Assembly: GCA_950097015.1 (NCBI GenBank)
Contig: CATNEN010000007.1
Location: 5,518,001-5,582,000, forward strand
Reading direction: 5' to 3'
DNA from: Macrostomum hystrix
Taxonomy: Eukaryota; Animalia; Platyhelminthes
Length of the DNA stretch: 64,000 nucleotides
Part shown: positions 12,311 through 24,074 of the stretch, in pieces
Numbering within the stretch: the first letter of the stretch is position 1
Layout: the number at the start of each line of letters is the position of its first letter
Notes under the pieces: model-generated
Seen by the model: only the letters and a program-made list of their open reading frames with translations
Databases searched by the model: none
Told to the model about the DNA's origin: nothing
Made by a program: the position numbers and the translations under genes

Positions 12311-12989
12311 AGTGCACCTAAACTTGTTATTTAGTACACCCACAGTTATTTAGTGCACCCACACTATTCTCTATTACGAGTACATTGGCACTCTTATTTC
12401 TGAATACTACCAGAATAGTTATACTTATAACTATTAAAATCCAAATTAAGATAATGAGGCACTTTTGCACAACTAATTTACCCACGGGAACTTAGTCAAC
12501 AGTGTTAGCAGCTTCACCAAGATGCAGAAATTAATAAAAAGTACACTGTACACTTTCACTTGCGATGACCAAATTTGTGCGCAAAATAAACAGATCTATA
12601 TTTATGTGATAAAAAATATAATATAAACTTTTAATTGATCTGGTGTTATTCCATTCAATTCACTGGAATGGAGGTCGTCAGGAAATCTAAAAGAAACCGA
12701 TTCTTTGTAAAAAATAGACTGAACAACTTTACACACTGGTGTCTGCGAAAATTGTTTCTTAAACAGACACTTGGTTACAAAAATGTAATCCGAGCAGGAA
12801 AAATGACAACTCATGCGATGCGGCTGCGTTAAATCGCGGTGAGGCAGATGTCAATTTATCCGCCTGTCCTGCTCCACTCCATCAACAATGCCTGTGTAAA
12901 TCTCCTTTATTGACCTTTTTTGTCCTACACATCCGTTAACCTTACCTATCGTAATACCAGTATGCAAACCTTACCTGTCCTAGTCTCCT

Positions 12990-13380
12990 CCGTTAATCCC
13001 ACCTGTTCTAATCTGCTCCGTTAACCCCCTGTTCTAATCTGCTCCGTTAATCCCACCTGTTCTAATCTGCTCCGTTAATCCCACCTGTTCTAATCTGCTC
13101 CGTTAACCCCCTGTTCTAATCTGCTCCGTTAATCCCACCTGTTCTAATCTGCTCCGTTAATCCCACCTGTTCTAATCTGCTCCGTGAATCCCACCTGTTC
13201 TAAGCTCCTTCGTTAATCCCATCTGTTCTAATCCGCTCCGTTAATCCCACCTTTTCTAATCTGGTCCCTTAATCCTACCTGTTCTAATCTCATCTGTTAA
13301 TCCTACCTGCACTAATCTTCTGCGTTAATCCTACCTGTACTAACTAATAGCATCAGTTAATCCCAGCTGTTCTAATCTCC
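12990..13380 (+). repeat. ~28-bp minisatellite (TTAATCCCACCTGTTCTAATCTGCTCCG)
   Basis: Tandem units that degenerate toward the edges. Confidence 0.92.
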
Positions 13381-13457
13381 ATCCACCCGTCTAAATCCCC
13401 TCGCTTAACTGTCATTTAAGCCCTCGCAACTGAAATCCGTTGGCAAGCTGTTCAGTG

Positions 13458-16400
13458 TCAGTCAAGCAGGGCAGGTTCGGACAGGTCGCACTTGCTGGGC
13501 TCCGTGAAGCACAAATCCGGCCATTTGTCGGACACCCGGCCGTGGTAGCGCAGCAAGCCGGCCGCAGACAGAGCGCCAACCGGCGGACTGAACGGCGAAT
13601 AGGCGACATCCTGCCAGAGCTCGCGGCCGGAGATGAAGTACAAGCCATTGTCGGCCAGGCGAAAGTACACAGAATCCACAGGCAGCTGCAGCGGCTTGTC
13701 GCCTGGGGCTGTTGGAAACCTGTCCGCAATCTTGCGCACGCCTTCGCAGCAGTTGTTGAATTTGAAGCCCTTGGCGGAGCCCGGGTTGTAGATGTACACC
13801 TGGCGGGCGAAGTTAAGAATTAGGGGTTTTAGGTTCAGGTAGGAGCGGGTTTAGGTTCAGGTAGAAGCAGTTTAGGTTCAGGCAGAAGCAGTTTAGGTTC
13901 AGGTAGAAGCAGTTTAGGTTCAGGCAGAAGCAGTTTAGGTTCAGGCAGAAGCAGTTTAGGTTCAGGTAGAAGCAGTTTAGGTTCAGGTAGAAGCAGTTTA
14001 GGTTCAGGTAGAAGCAGTTTAGGTTCAGGTAGAAGCAGTTTAGGTTCAGGTAGAAGCAGTTTAGGTTCAGGCAGAAGCAGTTTAGGTTCAGGCAGAAGCA
14101 GTTTAGGTTCAGGTAGAAGCAGTTTAGGTTCAGGTAGGAGTGGTTTAGTTTGGGTGGTCAGCTAAGCTAAGCACCACCTGACTGCAGTTCACGGTCTGCT
14201 TACCCAGCTGCCCTTGAAGAAGTACACCAGCCCTGTTGCATAATCGAAGAAGGCGCTGTCGATGCTGTCCGGAATCCCAAACTGATAGCCGAGCTTCGGG
14301 CCGAAGCAATCCGCGATCTTCTTCGGATAGCCCGGCTTGGCCGCCTTCTGGACGCTGTCGAACTCGACGAACTCGACGCCTGCGGGAGTATTATCCCACG
14401 AGTCACCAGTGAAATCCTGGGCAGCGGGAGTATTATCCCACGAGTCACCAGTGAAATCCTGGGCAGCGGGAGTATTATCCCACGAGTCACCAGTGAAATC
14501 CTGGGCAGCACAAATGTTCGGTGGAACACCGCAGAGGAATGTGGTCAAATGTTCACGCAATAAGTGTCGCAGAAGTCAACAATCCGACCAGGCTTTGAAT
14601 TTGTCACAACCCGCATAAAGTTCATAATCAGCTGTGCAAGCACAACCTCTGTTATCATCGGGGCTAGAATCACTGCAATCAGGGATCTGGGATATTGGCA
14701 TCATAAATAAATTAACCCACTGCATGCACTTGTCAACGCCCACACAGAGGCCAATACCAAAGCACTGGCAGGTTATCACCGCGCAGACTATGACCGCCGA
14801 GAAAAATAAACAATAGACAGCGTAAAAGACCAGGCTTCATCACCAGGCTTTCACAAGCATTGCTTTGATGGTTGCCATGACAACTTGCTAAATCGTTAAT
14901 GGTGTTTCCATAACGTCATTAAATAATTTGCGACTTAACTAATAACTACTCTATGACTCAGGCAGACAATCAGATACAAACAAATTCAAACCACAAACTA
15001 CCCATTAACCCACCTACCCATCCAGCCCACACTCCCCATCCACCCCACACTCCACATCCACCCCACACTCCACATCCACCCACACTCGCCATCCACCCCA
15101 CACTCGCCATCCACCCCACACTCCACATCCACCCCACACTCCACATCCACCCACACTCGCCATCCACCCCACACTCGCCATCCACCTCACACTCGCCATC
15201 CACCTCACACTCGCCATCCACCCCACATTCCCCATCTACCCCACACTCCACATCCACCCACACTCGCCATCCACCTCACACTCGCCATCCACCTCACACT
15301 CGCCATCCACCTCACACTCGCCATCCACCTCACACTCGCCATCCACCCCACACTCGCCATCCACCTCACACTCGCCATCCACCTCACACTCGCCATCCAC
15401 CTCACACTCGCCATCCACCTCACACTCGCCATCCACCTCACACTCGCCATCCACCCCACACTCGCCATCCACCTCACACTCGCCATCCACCTCACACTCG
15501 CCATCCACCTCACACTCGCCATCCACCTCACACTCGCCATCCACCCCACACTCGCCATCCACCTCACACTCGCCATCCACCTCACACTCGCCATCCACCT
15601 CACACTCGCCATCCACCTCACACTCGCCATCCACTCCACACTCCCCACCCCTCACTACCCATCCACCCCACGCTCCCAAACCGTCCGCCCGGCAGCGAAC
15701 CAAAAAAGAAGAATAGGCGGTAGGTGTTGTCCCTGCCGGCTGGATCCCAGTCCACGAGTTCCAGGGCCGCGTCCAGGCCGTCGGGTACGCCGGGCCAGCC
15801 ATGACCAATTGGCCGGGGATCGCCGAGCCGCGGCAGTCCGGCCGAGTTGTCGAACAGCCAGTAGGAGTCGCAGGAGAAAATGTAGGTGTTGTAGATCGGG
15901 TAGCCCCGCTGCGGATCCGCACGGATCCAGTCTAAAACTGTGTTGAATCTGGCTGAGCACGCACCTGAGGGATTGGTGAGTCGATAGGCGAGATAACTGC
16001 ATTCATAGCTGACTGATGTCTATGGTAGTCTAGAGGCTAGATGTCTATGGTAGTCTAGAGGCTAGATGTCTATGGTAGTCTAGAGGCTAGATGTCTATGG
16101 TAGTCTAGAGGCTAGATGTCTATGGTAGTCTAGAGGCTAGATGTCTATGGTAGTCTAGAGGCTAGATGTCTATGGTAGTCTAGAGGCTAGATGTCTATGG
16201 TAGTCTAGAGGCTAGATGTCTATGGTAGTCTAGAGGCTAGATGTCTATGGTAGTCTAGAGGCTAGATGTCTATCGTAGTCAAGAAGCTTGATGAGGTTCA
16301 AACTTATCCGCAGAAGTCCGTAGCAAATCCCTGGACTAGCATGCCTATAGATTCGGAGCCCTTATAAAATAAGCGCACCGTAGTTCTTCTGCACCAGCTT

Positions 16401-18263
16401 GCGCTCCTCAGGCCGAATCTGTGGCGCCGGGCCGCCCAGCCGCAGCACATTGGCCGGGTGCATGATGGAGTCGACGCGGCCGCTGTGCAGCAGACCCAGG
16501 GTGTGCCCAATCTCGTGCGCGAACACCTGACGCAGGTCGATGCTCGGTGCAGTCGAGGATGATTGCTGCTGTCCCGCACTGCTAAAGTCCTCGTCGGCGT
16601 CGATATGGATCGGACCGGCGGCGCGGGAGTGCGAGACTTCGTTGCCGCGGCCGTCGAATGCGTGCCGGCAGACTCCGTGTTGGACTGTGGGATGACGGAG
16701 TGGGATGACGGAGTGGGATGACGGGGTGGGATGACGGTGTGGGATGACGGTGTGGGATGACGGTGTGGGATGACGGAGTGGGATGACGGGGTGGGATGAC
16801 GGTGTGGGATGACGGTGTGGGATGACGGTGTGGGATGACGGAGTGGGATGACGGGGTGGGATGACGGTGTGGGATGACGGTGTGGGATGACGGTGTGGGA
16901 TGACGGTGTGGGATGACGGTGTCGAATGATGGAGTAATATGATGGTGTGGGATGACGGGTTGGGATGACGGTGTGGGATGACGGTGTGGGATGTGAGGTG
17001 AAAGCTACATGCATTTGGTTGGCGGCTCAGAAACTCACGCCTTTGAAAGCTGACGCTGACATCGGCCGCCGGCCTTCCCGACCAATCGGCGGCCGTGGCC
17101 GGCTCCGGCAGCTCCCGGAAGTAGACGGGAGTCACAGTCGACCACAGGCGGAAGGCGTCCGCCAGCAGGCGTCGCTGGAATTCCCGCGGCAGCTGGTGCG
17201 ACTCGCCGCCAGGTTCCAGCTCCCAGGTGATCTGGCGGCGGGGAAATCGATCATTCGATGGGAGCTGATCGTGGAGCACGCTGCGGCCGCGCCTACAGCG
17301 ATGCCCACTGACGACGGCTGGCGACGGCGGGACGCGACCAGCCTCAATGGCGAGGGCGTCGGGCGAGTCAGCGAGGCCACAGCGGCGCTCGTTCATGGCG
17401 TCCAGGGTGGGCGGGTCGGGCTGCCCGGTGCGAGGCAGCTCGTAAGCCACCTGAAAGGCAAGGATGGCTTCGGCGAGGTCCGAGGTGGCCGCCGATGATC
17501 GGCAGGCTTTAGCGGCTTCTTTTATCATGCCCGGCGCTGAAGCTTTTGACGGCTCCGCTGCCTCCCTGGCTTTGCCCAGAAGCTCGTGAAGGTCGGCCTT
17601 CGATCCCGGGTTTCTGGCTGGGGTTGCCGGGTTGCCGCTGGCTGGGGTTGCCAGGTTGCCGCTGGCTGGGGTTGCCAGGTTGCCGCTGGCTGGGGTTGCC
17701 AGGTTGCCGCTGGCTGGGGTTGCCGGGTTGCCGCTGGCTGGGGTTGCCGGGTTGCCGCTGTCTGGGGTTGCCGGGTTGCCGCTGTCTGGGGTTGCCGGGT
17801 TGCCGCTGTCTGGGGTTGCCGGGTTGCCGCTGGCTGGGGTTGCCAGGTTGCCGCTGGCTGGGGTTGCCGGGTTGCCGCTGGCTGGGGTTGCCAGGTTGCC
17901 GCTGGCTGGGGTTGCCGGGTTGCCGCTGTCTGGGGTTGCCGGGTTGCCGCTGGCTGGGGTTGTTAGTTCCGCAGGACTATCTGGCCTGCAGTCTTTCAAA
18001 TATCCGAATCTGAGCAGAAAGGCCTGAGAGAAAAGTGAAGGCGTATTGAGAAGTTAAAAAACGAAAATGAGCACAGGCTGTTTCAAGTCCAGACAAGTAC
18101 TTACTCGACCTTCAGTCTGGAAAGTGGTGGCAGACACTGGCACCCTGACAACAGCGGTGCGGTCTCCCTCTTCTGTCATCTTCCTGGAGTCGATCGGAAC
18201 GCCGAAACCAGAGCGCGACGCCAGCAGAAGCATCAAAAGCTGAAGGTTTAGAATCGGCTGCAT
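13458..18263 (-). CDS. MMP21: Matrix metalloproteinase, MMP21-like
   Basis: Exons 18263-18105, 18023-17039, 16684-16379, 15964-15701, 14379-14204, 13799-13458, all GT-AG and phase-consistent. Signal peptide, FLLRFGYL, cysteine switch RRCGLAD, furin site RRGR, HGVCRHAFDG, HEIGHTLGLLH, Met-turn SIMHP and hemopexin repeats. CSARFNTVLDWIR, GDPRPIGHGWPGVP and SDKWPDLC resemble the MMP21 subfamily. Confidence 0.88.
13825..14150 (+). repeat. 21-bp intronic minisatellite (TTTAGGTTCAGG[T/C]AGAAGCAG)
   Basis: Tandem array filling most of the last MMP intron. Confidence 0.95.
14382..14507 (+). repeat. 42-bp unit x3 abutting an MMP splice acceptor
   Basis: GCGGGAGTATTATCCCACGAGTCACCAGTGAAATCCTGGGCA repeated three times. 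Confidence 0.93.
15015..15670 (+). repeat. 18-bp intronic minisatellite (CACACTCGCCATCCACCT)
   Basis: Tandem array in MMP intron 4. Confidence 0.95.
16015..16280 (+). repeat. 25-bp intronic minisatellite (GATGTCTATGGTAGTCTAGAGGCTA)
   Basis: About 10.5 near-perfect units in MMP intron 3. Confidence 0.96.
16686..16993 (+). repeat. 13-bp intronic minisatellite (GTGGGATGACGG[T/A/G])
   Basis: Tandem array in MMP intron 2. Confidence 0.95.
17614..17962 (-). repeat. 24-bp coding minisatellite (P[A/D]SGN[P/L]AT)n in the MMP prodomain
   Basis: About 14 units in frame between FGYL and AILAFQ. No GT donor on the coding strand within the array. Confidence 0.85.
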
Positions 18264-18584
18264 CTCAATCAAACGCGTCTGTCGTATCTTTCTTTATTTC
18301 GCATTTGAAACCCGCGGACTTTGAAAGCAAGTCCCGTATTGTTATGCTCAGACTCATGGCTCAAATCAAATCTATAGGCTTTAATTTCTTTGCTGTCAAC
18401 TGCAAAACTCCAGGATGGCTGCGATTGGCCGAAACAACTCAGGCGACCCCGGGTTGGTCTACCGCGGACCCTCTGACAATTGAAAAGCTGCCAAACTGCT
18501 GTTTGGAGGTGGAATCCCTGATGAGGCTAATCTATTTGCTAGGCATAAGTGCTTATGTGCTAAGATTCAATAAGGAAGATATGG

Positions 18585-19460
18585 AAGATAGGAAAGGACG
18601 GAGAGAGATGATGGAGAGAGATGACGGAGAGAGATGACGGAGGGAGAGGAAGAAGGGAGAGGAAGAAGGGAGAGGATGGTGGGAGAGGAAGGATGGAGAG
18701 GAGGAGGGAGAGGAAGAAGGGAGAGGAAGGAGGGAGAGGAAGGAGGGAGAGAAAGAAGAGAGAGGATGGTGGGAGAGGAAGGAGGGAGAGGAAGGAGGGT
18801 GAGGAAGGAGGGAGAGGAAGAAGGGAGAGGAAGGAGGGAGAGGAAGGAGGGTAAGGAAGGAGGGAGAGGAAGAAGGGAGAGGAAGGAGGGTAAGGAAGGA
18901 GGGAGAGGAAGAAGGGAGAGGAAGGAGGGAGAGGAAGGAGGGAGAGGAAGAAGAGAGAGGATGGTGGGAGAGGAAGGAAGGAGAGGAAGGAGGGTGAGGA
19001 AGGAGGGAGAGGAAGAAGGGAGAGGAAGGAGGGAGAGGAAGGAGGGTAAGGAAGGAGGGAGAGGAAGAAGGGAGAGGAAGGAGGGAGAGGAAGGAGGGAG
19101 AGGAAGAAGAGAGAGGATGGTGGGAGAGGAAGGAAGGAGAGGAAGGAGGGTGAGGAAGGAGGGAGAGGAAGAAGGGAGAGGAAGGAGCGAGAGGAAGGAT
19201 GGAGAGGAGGAGGGAGAGGAAGAAGGGAGAGGAAGGAGCGAGAGGAAGGAGGGAGAGGAAGGAGGGAGATGATGGAGGAAGAGGATGGAGGGAGAGGAAG
19301 CAGGGAGAGGATAGAGGGAGAGGAATTAGGGAGAGGAAGAATGGAGAGGATGGACGGAGGGAAAGGAGGGAGAGGAAGGAGAGAGAGGATGGATGGAGAT
19401 ATTGGAGGGAGAGGATAGAGGGAGAGGAAGGAGGGAGTGGAAGAAGGGAGAGGATGGAGG
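18585..19460 (+). repeat. Polypurine (GA-rich) degenerate satellite
   Basis: About 870 bp almost entirely G/A (GGAGAGGAAGGAG-like units), upstream of the MMP start. Confidence 0.95.
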
Positions 19461-21084
19461 AATTAATGTAAGACTTAAATGGTGAGTAGAGTCAGATACT
19501 AAGCGGATGACAATTGCATTGCAGGGAGGATGAGAGGGGGTAGGCGGAGTAGAAACTGAGTGAAGATGAGACGGAGTAATAAAGGAGAGGGAGATGGTAG
19601 TGAATGGACAGGGAACAGATGATTTTGATGGCAGTCTCGAAGAGAAAGCACCCGCATGCCTTAGCGTATTTGTCTATCTGTTTGGCAGTCTGGAGTCAAG
19701 AAAATCAACTGTTTCACTGGGCACTCCAGTCCCGCCATGCCATGACAGCGCCCAGGTAGACAGAAGACCAGAGGACGGGAAGGCTGGGAACCCGCGCATC
19801 ATCCTGCAAGCTCCCCCGGCATCTGAGCCACTTTGGCAGCAGGCAGGAAGCCAGCGGGGCCGACAACACACACAAGACAACAACACACTGGCTGAGAGGG
19901 GCTAAATAATTCAATTGCAGGCCCCTAAAACACCGACTCTGCCTGCCTCCTCTGGGCTGGTCCGCAGAAAACAGGTAGATGATAGCCAACAGCATATAGG
20001 ATCTGTACTTTTACTGTCTCCAATGGCAACTGCAGCCAATCATTTTTCATGCTGATTTCAGGCCGCCGTTTCTACTAAAGATCTGAGATAAGTTCCGCGT
20101 GACGCCAGTCAACAATCGCTTCGGTTGCTACTCAACGATCAAAGCAGAGCGGACCGCTGGCTAAAAGTGCAGCTGCTGCTTACACCGATGCCAGACTACA
20201 GTGAGAATGGCCGGCTAGCCGAGGCCATCTGAAGATGACTGCACTGGAGTGGTCAATGGAAAAGTGAGAAGGAGTGACTCAGTTTTAACCAGGTGCCAGT
20301 TCTCAGCAGTTTGAGCAGTTGAGCGACCCTGCTCAGCTAGATGTGAAGAAAAAGGTGCCAGATCACCTTTGCTGGCAGCTGCTCTCCCAGCCGCCGCCGG
20401 ACCCTGGGAATATTGGGAATTAGAAAAACCCCCCACCCGGGTCTGGCAGTTCCGCGATCCGCCGAAACCAAAAAGTGGATTAGCCGGCAGGTAAAGTACT
20501 TTGAATAATTTTTGCACTACCCGGCACACTAGAAGAATTTTTAGAACAACTGGCACAAAGCGAAACCGGTGATAAAAGCATAAATTCGAAAAGTTCATTG
20601 GATTCTCATTAAAATTATAATTCCCGCATTCCGTCTCCGCAATCGATTAATGCGCTGTTCTACTTTATATTTACTGTGATAAACAAATAGATATTTTTAT
20701 AATTGCGATAATCTGGATAATCCATTTGATTACTAGAACGCAGGCAAATTTACACGCATACCACATTGAAAGCAGCGGAGATTCTTATGCGCTTGACAAC
20801 AAACAATGCCACAAAAGTCAATAAATATGTAAAGAGCATATTTTACAAAACAAACAGTTAAACACAGATCAGAAAAAATTGATTCTTATAATTCTGCTGT
20901 AGAAAAATATATTGTTAAAATATTTCGCGATTAGACTGTGGAAATCTACCGCCCTATTATAAGTAGTATAAAGTGAATATATTAATCGAACAGCAAATGT
21001 ACATAGTTCAGCATCTGCGTTGCAGCATATAATTAAATGGAGAGGTGTCAGCACTACTGGTGTTAACAAAACAGCTCAGACAGT

Positions 21085-21302
21085 CTGGGATATTCAGAGA
21101 ATGAGGAACATTCGGACAGTTGGGAATCGGGATATTCAGTCAGTGGAGAACATTTGGACGGTGGGGATATTCAGTCAGTGGGGATGTTCAGTCAGTGGGG
21201 ATGTTCAGTCAGTGGGGATGTTCAGTCAGTGGGGATGTTCAGTCAGTGGGGATATTCAGTCAGTGGGGATGTTCAGTCAGTCGGGATGTTCAGTCAGTGG
21301 GA
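21085..21302 (+). repeat. 17-bp minisatellite (GATGTTCAGTCAGTGGG)
   Basis: Tandem units downstream of the sushi gene stop codon. Confidence 0.9.
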
Positions 21303-21584
21303 CATATCTGTACAATCGATATAAACAGGTGGAGTGACCACAGACGGCCCGGTGGGATATAGCGGATGGTGAGGCGAGAGGAGAGAAAAAAGAGGAGAGA
21401 CGATGGAGAGGGTGGAGAGCAAATATTTGTTTGTGGAACTGCCGTGTCTCTCGAGAGAGAGACAGAGACAGAGACAGAGACAGAGAGAGGCGTGAAGATC
21501 TGAGAAAGAACAAATCAGAAGGCTTAATGAAAACTTGATGAAATCGCACACTGCAGTTTATCAAAAGAGAAAATCCTCATGGGA

Positions 21585-23455
21585 TCACGTAGCTCCGTCA
21601 GGACAGTCAGCCGGCTTGCCCACGGAGCCGCACAATGGCCGATTGCTGGTCAGACTGCGGCTGCTGGCACTCTCCAGTGTCGGCAGGGTGACCGAGGTGC
21701 CATCGCTGAATGCCATCGTCTCTAATGAGCTGCGGTAATTAGATTGCTGTTGTTGTTGCTGCTGCTGCTGATGCGCCGAAGATCCGCCGGCCGCAATTGA
21801 GACAGTCGGCGGAGCGGGCAGGCTGACAGCCGTAGACGTTGACAAAGTGTCGCCGTCGCAGTAACCGGCCGGCAGAGGTCCCGGCGACTGCATCGGACGC
21901 GGCCGACGGCGCGACTGTCGAGTGGCTGCCGAGGAGCTGCGCGATGACAGCGAGGCCTGGTTGGCCGCAGCCGACCTAGACGCTGCTGAGGTCGATGCCG
22001 CGGCCGGCAGCGCAGTCGGGAGTCTCCGACCAGAGGCAGCCGTAGCTGCCGGATTGTCGGCAGCGGATGCCACAGCCTCCTCGTAACTGGGAGGCCTGGC
22101 GGCGGAGAGCAGGCGAACCAGGTCGCCGCCGCCTATGATGCCTCCGCCGACTCCGTCTTCGTCGTTGAAGTCTTCGTAGGCGGCCGACGTGGAGCGAGGA
22201 AAACTGCGACGGCCAGATGCGGACGAGTCCAGCAGCAGGTCGATGGCGCCAAAGTCATCGTAGTAATAGCTACCGCTGCCACCGCCGCCCAGATAGCTGA
22301 AATAGTCGAAGTCATCGAAGCCCGCATCTCGACTGCCCGCTGAGGGAGTCAAGGGCGGCACCGACGGCGGCGACAGGGAGGTGGCCGACGAACCGCCCGC
22401 GGCGGCAACAATGGCAGCCGCGGCAGCGTTACGTCTGGCTCGACGACGGCGAAGAAATCGGGCACGACGAAGGGCGAGCAGGGCGAGGGCGACGGCTAGT
22501 AGCAGGAGGGCCAGGACCGCACAGGGCGCCAGGACCCATGCTAGGGTGGTGAGCAGCGCTGGCGAACCGGACAGACCGACCGAGGAAGAGGACGGGTCGC
22601 AGAGGGTCTCCGGGCCCGGATACCAGGTGCCGTTGTGTTGGCACAGGTGGGCAGTTTCGCGCCCGTCGCAACTAATATAAAGTAAAGGGATTAGGATCCG
22701 ATTTAGATTTAAAAAACCCCACACTGAATGCATCAATTCCCACACTAAATCCATCTAACCCCACACTGAATCCCACACCAAAACAGCTAAGAGACTCACG
22801 AAAACACGGCCAGGGAGCCGGCAAAGTAGAAATCGCACGCCGGGTTAAGGCAGCGCTCAGCGGTGGCCTCAGGAGGTCGGACGCAGCGCACAGAGGGGCG
22901 CACACAGCGTGGCAAACTATCTCGATCCCAGCGTCCGAGACCGGTATCTGACTGTGCGCCAGAGAGACAGGTCCACTGATGCGGCCCCAGCAGCAGGACG
23001 GCGGAGTCGCCAGTTTTCCAACATTCGACAAAGACGCTCTGACCGACGGTGGCGGTGAGGTTGGACCAGACGGGGAGTGGCTCGGCCGCATTGTCGAGGC
23101 TCGGCAGGCCTGGCACTCGGCAGGTGTCGGCCGGCAGGTCGACGGTGGAGGGAGCCGAAGATTCCCAGCATTCGACAGGCGGCCGCCAGCTGCCGTCGGG
23201 CAGGCAGACAGAGTAGCGGCGCTCAGCCAGGCCGAGGCAGCGGTAAGCCAGCAGGCCGCCACGCGCAGCCAGAGTCGATGCCGTCGCGGCCGACGCGGAT
23301 TCGGCTGCCGAGGACGTCAGGGTAAGAAGGCGAGGCGGCTCCGCGAATGCCGAAGCAAACGGACTGGCCGAGATCTGCAGCTGGCAGCCAGACGGCGTTG
23401 ACGTTGCCGCTGCGGCCACCGCCAGCAAGACGGCCAATAGGGACAGCTGGGACCG
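21585..23455 (-). CDS. Type I membrane protein with ~3 sushi/CCP domains and a PPxY motif (SUSD4/SUSD6-like); no genomic ATG
   Basis: Exons 23455-22800 and 22671-21585 (phase 2). Signal-peptide-like RSQLSLLAVLLAVAAAA, three C..C..W..C modules, TM LAWVLAPCAVLALLLLAVALALLAL, Arg-rich stop-transfer and cytoplasmic PPSYEEA. Confidence 0.8.
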
Positions 23456-23509
23456 CTGAAATGGGAAGGGAAGTGTTGATTGTAGGATGAATGATAGGAC
23501 GACACTATT

Positions 23510-23800
23510 GATCTGCTGAAACTACAGATCTGCTGATAATAATGACCTGCTGATAATAATGACCTGCTGATAATAATGATCCGCTGATACTAGTGACTTG
23601 CTGATACTACTGGTTTGCTTATACTACTGATTTGCTTATACTACTGATTTGCTGATACTAGTGACTTGCTGATAATACTGATTTGCTGATACTACTGACT
23701 TGCTGATACTACTGACTTGCTGATACTACTGATTTGCTGATACTAGTGTCTTGCTGATACTACTGACTTGCTGATACTACTGACTTGCTGATACTGATCT
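23510..23800 (+). repeat. 17-bp minisatellite (TGCTGATACTACTGACT)
   Basis: Tandem array between RPS8 and the sushi gene. Confidence 0.92.
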
Positions 23801-23944
23801 GGTGATAAAACTGACAGGATAAACGTGTTAGAATCCTAGACGCTCCTAATTAAAATAGCTCGCAATAATCGTTAATAAGGAATAATGAAAGGAATGACAG
23901 GCTGCAACAACAGTTTTTTTCAATCCAATCCAGCGTTTTAAAAT

Positions 23945-23950
23945 TTTATT
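23945..23950 (-). terminator. Putative polyadenylation signal AATAAA of RPS8
   Basis: AATAAA on the minus strand ~125 nt after the RPS8 stop. Confidence 0.6.
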
Positions 23951-24074
23951 TTGCTAATCAAGCCCACAACAATTGCTAAAACTGAACAAGCGCACGCGCA
24001 CACAGTTGTTTAACATGAGTAACCTTAGCAAAGTCTGAATCGGTCTCATCCATCAGCAAGGCCGCAGCTAGGCT

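Noticed and set aside
14576-14840. Cys-rich short ORF and a 35-aa signal-peptide-like ORF (MKPGLLRCLLFIFLGG...) nested in MMP intron 4
   Set aside because: The two are in different frames, the Cys-rich frame is closed by stops upstream, and no splice path or family motif links them.
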